A DNA stretch of 64,000 bases from Trichoplax sp. H2. Its lineage: Eukaryota. Below, piece by piece: positions 52,701-64,000 of this stretch (position 1 is the stretch's first letter; each line of letters opens with the position of its first letter). The notes beneath the pieces are model-generated. The model was not told where the DNA came from, ran no database searches, and saw nothing but the letters and a program-made list of their open reading frames with translations. The DNA is taken from positions 1 through 64,000 of the forward strand of contig NOWV01000020.1 of NCBI GenBank assembly GCA_003344405.1, written 5' to 3'. Both the position numbers and the translations under genes were made by a program.

Positions 52701-54961
52701 TAGATCACGTATGCATTTACGGCAGCACCATTGATGCTTATACCACAGTCCAAGCTTTACTAGAATACGGAATCGAAGGCTCAAGAATTATTCTAATTCA
52801 TCCGCCGGCAGCATCTCCTATAAATTGTTTCAATAACAGTATAGTAGAAGAAGTAGTTTTAAAAGGATTGAAAGAAGCTGGTAAATATAGGACATAATTT
52901 AGTTATAAAATACTGTAGCAATTCGATAATCTACTTGAGATTATGAGAACATCTCGTTCTAAAATTTGGATATCTTTTTCATACTTCATAAGGCATCACA
53001 GTACATCATGACTTGATATTGGCTAGATGGGAAATTGATGAATCTAACGAAACAGTGGTTGGCGCTAGTTTTACTTCTGATAATAAACCAGTCCAAATCT
53101 CATGTTCGGCTTTCATTTGCTTTAGCAAACTTGGCATAGACTACTCTATTTTTAAAGGTTTTTATTTCATCTTATTGAATCTTTACAACCAACTATAGTG
53201 CAGATAATTCTTGAATTTAAATTCAAAAGACTCACCATTATGCCTAATGATAATCAATTCTTATCTACGTTACTAGCTATCAACGATTCATGCTTGGTCT
53301 ACGATGGGAGATTAGTCATTGATTCTAGCTATCGAACAAATGATCCTTGCATTTGGGCCGCTGGACCAATGACCAAGTTTGCACGCAGATATCATGCAGA
53401 GGCTTGGACTCATGCTAATTTTAATTCTAAAGAAGTTGGACTCAAGGTTGAAATAGCAAATCTAATCGCCTTTTTCAATATATGATTAACTGATTTACCG
53501 AAATTAGCGAATACGGATCGCTATATCTTATTCTTTATTGCATTATATTCTTGCCCTTTCTTTGCTAGTTGGCTGAAACCGTTCTAAGCATATTAGATCC
53601 TATGCTTGAATCAGAAGCTCCAGATGCACAACCTGATATTATCCCGGTATATAACCATCCGAAGACATTCCTTACGAAACTACCAGGTAGCTTAATCTAT
53701 TAATTGAATTGTCAAAGTTTTAAAAGTACAAATTCCGCCATACTATAACAAAAATTCATGGCAAATTCTGTATTTAAATTATTTGATACCCTGAAGTAAT
53801 GGAAACTTTTAAGATCTAGCAGTGGATGGATGATATATAACCAATACATTTGTTTTAAAATCTTAAACAGGAAATTACACGTATCTTCATACTGGTAAAC
53901 CTTCCCTAAATATATCTCTCGATTCAATGATGGTCCAACCAAATTACGTAAGTTAAAGACTTTAGAAGAATCACAAATAGCTTTTGTTATCTTATACCAA
54001 ATAAATTAAAGCTAGGAATATATAACTTCATCTTAGGGCCATGTATTAGTCACTGGTAGCCATACCGTGGATACTCAAGGGTATTTTAGACTGCATATAA
54101 ATCAATATCGATCAGTAGAAACTGTAACCTGTTTGAGCAAAAATGTAAGCTACTCTGTGGATAGAACATGCTACACTGCATAAAAACATGATTAAAATAG
54201 CCTAAATCATCCTTAAGTAATGGTAAAATAATCTTGTAATTCCTTTTTTATAATAGGAAATTAAAGTAAATAACCTGCTATCACTTTATGGTATTCATGA
54301 AAAGTTTCTTAATAACGTTCTATCACGTTATAAAGAAGGCCTTGTTTCCGACTTCTATCAGTAAGGAGTAGAACCTGTTATAACAACTTACATTTATCTC
54401 CTCAACAATAGTATAAAGAACATGGCGCTAAATTAAGCTTTAAAATATTACAAGTCTAGATAATAATTCCTTGTTATTATATTGAAAGGTACTTCAATGA
54501 ACCGTGGGCTACAGCAATCTTTCATGACCGCTTTCATGATTTCCGTGAAGAAATCAAAGAAATCCTATTTAATAAACAGGTAGACTTATTTATTCGAGCT
54601 AAATAATCTAGTAGTGGGCTATAAACTGCAATTTCCAGAATGAAATAACAGAATCTTTAAATAACAATTTCTCCTTAGGTTGAAGAAGAATCGGACGAAA
54701 CATTTGAACTGAAAATACGCAAACTATTGGACGAAGATTTTACTGTAAGTTATCTTCTCTACGACTAGAATAAATTTAGTTTTTAACATTAAATTTCACC
54801 GTTCGGTTCCCTTTCTTTCGCAGTTTACCAAAAAAGAACTACAACAACTTGGTGAAGATTATATTAAAAGTTGCAAGAGTTCAACAGAGAAGCGCTTATT
54901 AACATACTTAAGTTATAACACCTATCACTTGCCCATGTATGCGAAACCAGGAATAGTTTAA
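46710..54961 (+). CDS. CFAP61: Cilia- and flagella-associated protein 61 (C20orf26), many short exons
   Basis: Spliced translation: MASTSNTGELDINVRRTE..., GQASFYDYPN, ICHRHDHCPTLHIRPA, VEDHDDLVPIF, YFLAELIEAQ, CIQLYCIDEKYETRSLDF, EYIRSHYNIEDFIYY, NARIIVVGASDVG, YDHLILCTG, AINDSCLVYDGRLVID, C-terminus YHLPMYAKPGIV*. These match CFAP61 as recalled. The ORF-track fragments between 46962 and 53485 are mostly its exons. Confidence 0.95.
52175..52410. repeat. Diverged ~90-bp duplication in a CFAP61 intron
   Basis: TAATACTCGTAAA...AGTAGAGATAGGTATCAA occurs at ~52176 and ~52314. Confidence 0.7.
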
Positions 54962-57116
54962 AATTGAAATGAAATAATGATCATCTCGATTAGCTTACTA
55001 AATGAGGTAATAAGAATTTTGATGGCACGATAACTTAAGGAAAGAGCAATCTTCAAATCTTATCAATGTCTCTTTTCCATTAGAAGTAAAAGTTTACTTT
55101 ATTCATCAGTAATTCTTCTACTAAAATTCCAGTGACGTCTACGTCACTTAACTAAGTAAAATACTTACTTACTTAAATCTCAAAAAAGAATTTTAATGTA
55201 TGTATAACTAGCAAGTTTAAATAATCAGATGGCTTTAACGCGAATCTGTGTAAATTAATCTTAATTCAATTTCGAACGTATATCGAGTAAATTAGTTATT
55301 TCAATGCAAACAATTGTGCCTTTTCTGATGCAATGATTTGAAAAGAATTGAATAGCTTTAGATCAATTTTTAGCTCGAAAATGGCTTTTAATGTTACCAG
55401 TGTTAAAAAGTAGGGATTTTAAGCATCGTTTTTTCTAATAGTAATTTACATCATTTATTTGTCGTTGCAACTTAGTAAAAATTAATAAAGTAGAAAATTG
55501 GCTTTATGAATAAATTATATATATATTTAAATTAGCAGAATGCAGTATTATTAACCTCAAACTACTAGATTTACATTGATAAATTCTGCATAATAGTCTG
55601 TCTAGCAGGTAATATGCTTACGTAGGCATGTTGGCTTCAGACTTTTTTGTTTCTCTAGTTAAGAACTCTACTTTGCAACTCCGATAGATTTGGAAAGTAT
55701 TATAATCAATTTATGAATTTATTGGAAATTGAGGAATGATCATTTTATCCGTATTTGATCTGAATAATAGTCAGTCTTTCATTAGAGGATCAATTGGTGC
55801 TTAGATAACTACTACGTTTAGAGTTTATATCTTACTTCGGTAAGAAATATGCGTTTAACTGTAATACCTAGGTAATAACAGGGTTGTTATGGATCGAAAT
55901 TGGCACTTAAGATGCCAAACTGTAGGCGGACAGTACCAGTAAATTAGTTTCTTTTGACGCTAAAACTTAATATATAATAGCTGTAGATTTGACAGAATTT
56001 TAGATTCAAGTAATGCTTGTCATTTTCTTTTCTAATTATGGCAATTAAGCCAATTCCATAAAAAAAATAGCTACAACAGTACAGCTTTTCTTCCCTGTAA
56101 TAAACTACACAGATCCAGATTCTGCTCTTTTGAAGGAGAATTAATTATAAGAGTGCCACACAATCTACATGCAGTATTAACACTATGATTTCGTTTCTCT
56201 CCAAAGCCTAATCATAAAATATATTTACTTATTGTCCTATAAAGTCATACAGCACTTTTAAACTGACGATGTAAATATATTTCAACCATCATAACTGAGT
56301 AAATCTATTACAGATGCATGTAATATAAGAAAGAAGTAAATCCATTAGTATAATTTTTGCATTATTTTATTGTACAAATTAATTGCGGCCGTCATTTACT
56401 AATAGCGTACAAAGCAAATAAAATATAGAACATCAATAAAAGATACGGTACCCGCTATGATCTATGATAATTTTGATTAGCTTTAGGTCAAGGCAAACAA
56501 TTATGCTGATTTTCAAATGGTCACTATTCATCATTAACTAAGTAAGTATTATATCTTGTAAAGGAATAATAAGAAGCTTCCAGTAATTACCTTAACTGAA
56601 GTACATTTAGTTGTTAATAAAGGCACTGCTAGCGTAGAACGCAACGAAAAGCTAGAATGTTTGCAACCTTAACTTGCTAAAATCAATTGAAACTCTATGA
56701 CTCTAAGATATTTTAGTACTGCCAGTAGTATCACGTTCACTTAAACAACTTTTGGATCTGCAAACTAGTTTTGAAAAATGATCATGTCATTCTACCCTTA
56801 TTTCATCAATTATCGTCATTCTGGAAGAAATTTTTGTAACAGAATTAATACTGTTGGAATTACAAGAGATTCGCTTTCCTTATAGATGAGCCTTTCAGTG
56901 GCCAAATTGAGAACAGAAGAATAGATAAAAAAAATTGGACACCAGCTGAACAATTGTTGAAACTACAGAAGTAGAGCACGTTAAAATTTGAAATTAAAGC
57001 GATAGTCACCTTATACTTGGACTATACCCATTTGAGTCACATTAATATCGTTAATAATGAATAAATCAGTAGCAAAGCATCAAGTAAATTATTTGGCAAA
57101 AACTAGCTGGAAACTT

Positions 57117-59345
57117 TTAACCTTCTTTATCGGTTCGAACTTGCTCTAATTCAGTTTCATTAGCTGGAGCAACCGATGATTTCCTGATTTCGTCCCATCG
57201 CATTTCGATGAAAAACATGTACATACCACCACCAACAATAGCTCCGAGTATAGGTCCGACAATGGGCACCCAGAACCAATAATTCCCATTACTAAACATC
57301 ATCACACGGGTAGAAATGAAGAATATATTATATTATTCCTTTTCGCTTTATACTGTAGTTTAATCAATATGATACAGAGTGAAAGATATCGAAACTAACA
57401 TATAGTTTTATCAAACAAACGAAGTACTGCAAGGTTATCATCTCACTTATATTGTTTTACGCCAATATTTATCTAACATTGAACAAGTAATAACTGCAAA
57501 TAAAATATAATTTTATCGGAGAAAAGAATACTGCAAGATTATCATTTCACTCGTATTACTTTACGCCTATATTTATCTCTTATTGAGTAGATAATTGTTA
57601 TCAATCAAATGCTATTCGGTGAGAACATAAAAATGCTACAAGCTCATCATCTCGTTATTATTTACTGTACGACATAGATGCAGCTTTAAAAAGGGACAAT
57701 TGATTACTAGTAGCTATTGCTAAATTTTGATAGTGCACGAAGTAAAGAGGTTAGGGTTAGGGTTTGCAAATATGAATACCATTTTCTTTACCCTATTTTA
57801 AGACTAACTTAGATATAAATCCGAATTAAGCGTATTTAACTACTAGTATATAATAGAGTGCATATAAGCTTGTATGTTTGCTTAGCTTATGTATTTGCTG
57901 CTAACTTCGCAGAAGCAATAAGCGTTGATTACAAACAAATTAAAGAATCCAATTATAGTAACAATCCAGTGGTATACAATCAAAACTATTCAATATTTTA
58001 GGTTTAAGGCATATATGAAAATCATAAACTTACACAAAAGTGGGTGTACCCCAACCAGCAATTAAAGTCCACAATCGTGGTGCAAAATCACGAGCAGGAT
58101 TGATGGCATAACCACAATTTAAGCCAAAAGTATCGCCAATGTTCAAAACAACAAAGCCAATAAGTAAAGGCTTCAAGTAATCTGGAGGAGCCCAGTTTTT
58201 ATCATCAACCAATGCAAAGACACATAGAGCTAATAGGCCGGTACCAACAATCTAGATAGAATAATTACAATTAGACAGAATTACTCCAAAAAACCAGCAG
58301 AATGATAACTGCTTGAGTCTTATTACTCATATAAAATTGTCAAATTAAACTCAGTTTCTATTGTAATCTAAATATACCAGAACTAATCCTGGCCATAAGT
58401 AAAATATGATAAAATGTTATCTCTCTAGAGTATTTATAGTTTAATCATTGCTACAGCCTTAAAAAAGATCTATAGCCAAAGAAGAATAAAAGCTTTAAGC
58501 TATAAATTTGCACTCTGGAAATAATCTCTTACACCAATCTGGGTAAGAGACTTAAGGCCATTTACTAAATATTGCAACACTATAGCTGATGCCCCACTGT
58601 AATACTATTGTATAAGATATTGTCGAGAAACAAGACCTTATACAACGTTAAAATTTGTAAGATTGTCATAATACGTGGTAGAAACTCATCACTTTGATTA
58701 TGTTCACATTAAACTATGTAAATTTCGACTTCATCAGCTAAAACGAACCTGATCGAAAAATCCTGCAGCAGTACTCAAATAGGGTTGTGGATAAGTTGCC
58801 CAGATCTGAGCGGTAGCATTAACATGGGGTGGCGTTTGGCGAACTCCACCATCATAAGCATTAATACCCTCTGTATAAAAACAATTGAATAAAATTAATT
58901 ATTAACGGTAAATATCCATCTCTAATACAACAGAATCGATTATAGATCCGCATATCGAATTTCCGTTAAGGATAGCTGAACGCTGGCTAAACTATCACAC
59001 GACTAGAAATCGATAAATTGTGCGTAAAAATTTGCTTAAACTATTCTTCAAATGAAATAATTAAATTTATCACTAATTACCGATATAGATGGCATGGCAA
59101 ACCGCTGATGCAATGAATGAGCCCAACATTTGAGCTGTAATGTACATCGGAACTTTTCTCCAAGGAAACTTCTTGTAGACAGCTAAAGCAATAGTCATAG
59201 CTGGATTCATATGAGCACCAGTTACATTACCAGCTACATAACAACCAAATGTTACACCCAAGCCCCAACCAAAATTAATGGACAAAAAGTCACCGAAATT
59301 GCCCTTTCCTAAAACCACTTGAGCCACAGAGCCAATACCAAAAGT
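57117..59345 (-). CDS. Aquaglyceroporin (AQP3/7/9/10-like MIP channel), 5'-partial
   Basis: Exons 59345-59081, 58870-58749, 58251-58034 and 57291-57117 splice in frame: TFGIGSVAQVVLG...GAHMNPAMT...ATAQIWATYP...GFFDQIVGTGLL...NCGYAINPARDFAPRL...YWFWVPIVGPILGA...KEG*. The Asp after the second NPAR is the glycerol-facilitator signature. The first coding exon was not located. Confidence 0.93.
57423..57680. repeat. Diverged ~105-bp tandem repeat (about 2.5 copies) in the last aquaporin intron
   Basis: TACTGCAAG.TTATCAT.TCACT..TATT..TTTACGCC.ATATTTATCT at ~57425 and ~57529, with a weaker third copy at ~57634. Confidence 0.7.
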
Positions 59346-62300
59346 CTTAAATAAATTAAAAATTATTACTTGAATCAGTTGATATCACATTATCAATTCC
59401 ACATCATTTCATAGGTCAAAATCGTATTTTCTGTAATGTACAAACACGTGTATCACATTTTAACTATTAAGTTCACCAAATTAAAGTTATATAGCAATTC
59501 ACTAGTAAATGAAAATACTTTTAATCATATATGCGTATTTATGTAATCATTCATTTTTCCTGGTTAGCACACAAGCAAGTATACGGCCAGCTATTGATAT
59601 TAAAACTGTACGCAAAATTAATTTCATATATTCTTTTACTCGCTATAGACTACACGTAATTCCAGTTATATTAACGCTAAATAAACGTTTCTATAACAGG
59701 AAATCAACATCGCATAGGGATTTATTCTGAAAAAACACCTGCGTAAGGCAGAGCTTTTTCCAACTTTACTAGCGTTATCCGCAAAATAAATAATAAGAAA
59801 TAATTCATTCGATATATTGATAAGCTGATTATGCAATCATCTCTAGCTCCAAAGCAAATAAATGCTCAGATAGCAAAACTAAAAATTTCGCAACTATGTA
59901 TTTAAAAATTGGTTTCCTTATATAATTTGGCTAACTCTAGCTAACGTCGTCACAGTTTGTCAATATTCATTAGTTAGTTCTACAATAATATTGATAAATA
60001 GCAAGCCTTACACGCCTTGTATATCACGTAGCAACACCTAAATTTATTTACATATAGGTACTGACTCGAATACAGTAATTTCATGACATATTAAAAACTA
60101 AAAGATAAATCGACTATATTTGTTCAGCTAGGAGTATATCCGTATATTCTGCATTCCTATTAAACTAACATCATCATTCCAACTCCATTCAAGTGGAAAT
60201 CTTTGCTCAAGTAAAAGTGGTAGCAAGTATCCACAGTATTCCTAACTTTACTCCCATAATAATTAATATATCCTATGTATCAACTTATATTTTAGTCAAT
60301 TTAAATCGATATGGACAATGAAAATATAAAATGCACAAATTCAATTAATAATATCTTTCATCAAGCTATTCTACTTCATTAATCATAAAAGAAAATTTTA
60401 GAATAATGTCAACTTTGATCTTGTTTATTTGTAATTTTACGAATGATTCCAATACTGTGATATAATCAAACCTGCACAAACGTCTATAATATTAATTTCA
60501 TACACTGATTATGAAGTAACCGACGATATTATGTAGTAAACAATTCGACTACCGTAATTGCGTAATCCCAGGATACGATACTAGTCTTTTATTAACAACG
60601 TATTCATTAATGCAATAAACAACCCAAAAACTACCATTGTTTGCATTGCAAGGTGGAATCTTTGCGTGCATGATTAAAATATAGATCTATCAACGACTTG
60701 TTTACGTAAACTGGGACAGCCTAGCATTTTTCTGTCACGAATTTTGATCAATAACATTTCTAGAACTATTATCACATTAATAAGCACATCAGCTTATTAT
60801 TAGTAAGCTATAAATATAAAACCTTAACAGACATGAATTATAAAAATTAGCTCAGTCTACCCCAAACCTCTGATAAATACCAATCAACACTATTATATAA
60901 CCGTTGGTTAGCATGTCATAAATCCTATCGATTGTATATTCAGGTATGATACAGAAAGCTCAGTATTTATAGATTTACGTGCAGATATTAGATCCATCAA
61001 GCCTGTAAGAAAAATACTGGTTAACATGTAACGTGCTGGTAATTTTAGCAATAACGAATTTATCCAATTTAGAACCTTCATATACGAGAGCTTATCAATT
61101 TTCTAAAAATTACCCAATTAAAACTTTTACGATAAATGCGATCAAGCAGGCTATCAACCTTTTCCTTAAGATTTTTATGATATAATAGTAGCAATTGTCA
61201 ATTGTGTTTATGAAAATTAGCTCAAGTTAGCCCTTTCCCCGATAAATAACCGCCAACATAATCATGTAATAATAAAAAAAGCATTGTCAACCTTGCGATA
61301 ATGGGTTTACAATATTACAGTTCAACATATGTCAGCTGGATTCTAGAAAACTAGCCCAGACTAAAACATACCCTAAGATATATAATTATATATTACCATT
61401 TTAATCGTATGACCATTAAAACATTTAATTGAAATCGATCTATTAATCATGCTTATTCTTGCATATTGGTCAAGAATCTACATTAGTTACGTTCTCTCGA
61501 GTTATTTGAGTGTCGTTTCAAGTTTAAAAAAAAACATAACAGCTCACTGATCTCATTAATCGAGCAATCGATTTATCATGTTTTTCAAACCATCTGTAGC
61601 CCTACAGTGCTTCTAAAAACAACATCGGCTATTTAATACTATACTCTGTTTTTATGAATAATAAAATATCATGATCTCGACTATTAAAAGCGTACTCTCA
61701 GTGCAACTTTTATTTTTAGGTTATGCACTAAGGGATGCCAAACACTCTGCTAATTTTATATTAATCATCGATCGCCTATAATTAATTAATATCGGCATAT
61801 TAACAAACTAACAATCAAGTAATTACAGTGCCTTGTCTCCAATCTAATGCACTATTTCTGAAAACACAATAGTTACGGAGAGAACTAAAGAATTCCGTAT
61901 AATAATAAAAATTCACAGCTGCTGATTAATCCTTCCCACGATCCATTAATTGATAGGCTAATTGCTAGAGATATGCAGCCCAACCATAACACAGTGCCGA
62001 CAATGATTAAATAACAGGACAATAAATGAATATTAAAGAGTAAGATGAAAGTTTACCAAATTTGAGAATAGTAAAACTGACTACTTTAAATGATGACTTT
62101 TGACTATGGACTTATATCTTACCAGCCAACATATCATCAGTATAAACTACGGTAGTAATTAAGTGTCAGAATTGCAAAAATCGAATACACGTTACTTTCT
62201 ACGATCCACTGATCTATATTCTAATCACTAAATATCTACTCTACATATTCGCAATATTAGTAATAGCGCTGAAGTTGATGAAATATCGGCATAATAAAAT

Positions 62301-64000
62301 TACCATAAGCACTACTCCTAGTAAGCAAGCATAGTATGTCTTGAGTCTTTCAAGGTGCAACATATGTTTTGATCTAATGTTCATAACATACTATTTCGAT
62401 AATATATTAACGATTTAAGGCTAATATTAATTATAATTCTTTATAGCTTTATATTAAACTGACAGATAGTAAGTCAAAACTAGAAAAATAATAACTTGAA
62501 TCTTCTAACGGATAATACATTCTGGTACCGTGATTATAGAAACGATATGAAAATTTAGCAAGTATCATTTACTTTTCCCAGGCAATTAGATTTACTACTA
62601 GTTCATCCGTAGATTGTTAGTTAAAACGCCGAAAGAAAATAAAAGCATAATTATTATTATCTGCATGGTCTTGCAAGCCGTTGTGGTATGGGATATCAAT
62701 TATTATACTGTTTCGTATTCAGGTCCCACAGTGTGTAATAGTCATTACCTAGATCAATCTTCTATATTTCTTGTGATTGTAATTTCAAGCCTCCCAATTA
62801 TGTCCCACCATTATTTATTTATTGAAGTATTAAAATTCCTTATTTTAAAAATGCAATACAGTCTAGTTGTGCGTTACATGAAATATTCGCTTTTAAATTT
62901 GATCCTACATTTGTTTTTAATAGAATTTCCTGATGGCAATTTAAGCCAATCTTAAACTAAAAAAATTAAGGATATAGTAATTTATTAAATTTGCCATTCG
63001 AGCTATCAGGTGCGATCTACCAATGTACTTCAATGCTACAGTAACAAATAATCATAACAGTATGACTAGGAAATAGATTCAATCGGACATTAACTATTAA
63101 CTTGTGTTATTTAATGCTCCATCATGTAGCTGATGTTATGCATTTGTATAATTCAAAGCCATTACAATATAGAAATCATGAAATTACCCTCTCAAACTGA
63201 TTTAGCTAGATACTATATCAAGTACGTTTATCTTAATCAACTAATGCTTAATCGAAAATGAACGACAAATAAAGACCACTAATATCATGTATGACTAGAC
63301 ATCGTTCATTTACATGTTGATCTTATAATATTTGATAGCTGACAGTCGTTTATTGTCATTATTGTAGCACATACAAAGTACTATTGATAGAGCGTCAACG
63401 AATCCCCGTATCGATAATTAGCTTTATGAATAGCGAGATGAAATTAACGTATTGCTCCATCCTGATCACAACGATCACTACCAACAATTAAGTAGCAGCA
63501 TTTATCGAATTGATAAAATTGAATTAATAGTCAATATTGGGTTGTTTACGAGGTAAATGAACAATTTGTCATAACATTAAGAACATTTGATAAAATGGGA
63601 AACAATTTTGGGACTTTGTGGTGGAGTATACTATGCAGCAAGAGATATCGACTCCGAATTGATTTTTATATACAAGAATTCAAATTTACAATCTACGTTA
63701 AACTTTTTTTCTCTTGCTACGTAAATTCCATTTCAAGCAGATCTGATAGCTGTACTTTAATTCTGTCAGCTGCACTATTGCTAGAATGTTAAAGTTATTC
63801 TCAATTTAAGCCTTACGCAGGCAAAAAATGCGAGAATATATATTTTATACATTTCCGTTCTCAACGAATTGCGATTTTTTATGGAACAATCAAAATCACT
63901 GTCATTTTATAAGTGCCGTGTAATATCAAAATCCATCCAAGTAAAGACTCATTCGTGCCCTTCTAAAGATATTATAATTGCTGATAGTAGTTATTGCTAT

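Noticed and set aside
57749..57764. GGTTAGGGTTAGGGTT telomere-like tract in the aquaporin intron
   Set aside because: Fewer than three units, too short to call an interstitial telomere with confidence.
61720..61755. Minus-strand LAECLASLSA as the candidate aquaporin first exon
   Set aside because: It runs into a stop codon and has no suitable splice donor.
62614..62955. 113-aa hydrophobic ORF
   Set aside because: TTG start, AT-rich-derived hydrophobic composition and no motifs. The same applies to the other short intergenic ORFs in the track.
1..64000. CRISPR arrays, rRNA/tRNA genes, transposase or viral ORFs
   Set aside because: None recognised by eye. tRNAscan-SE and Infernal were not run, so small ncRNAs cannot be excluded.

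Overview
AT-rich eukaryotic (animal) genomic DNA with short GT-AG introns and four 20-N scaffold gaps. Gene style and composition suggest a placozoan such as Trichoplax; this is an inference and was not tested. About 1-40 kb is gene-poor and holds two rhodopsin-class GPCR genes with intronless coding regions, plus many mobile-element relics. These include at least eight 413-632 bp solo-LTR-like elements with TG...CA-type ends and 5-bp target-site duplications (TSDs), one nested inside another. About 40.8-59.3 kb holds three multi-exon genes: the ciliary genes BBOF1/CCDC176 and CFAP61 (both + strand, each preceded by an RFX X-box) and an aquaglyceroporin (- strand, first exon not found). The most unusual feature is a 361-bp non-coding, almost perfect fold-back element with AG...CT termini and a 6-bp TSD, which are Polinton/Maverick-like hallmarks. 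Its empty allele is also assembled in the window, and a second locus holds a 24-bp termini-only version with its own 6-bp TSD.
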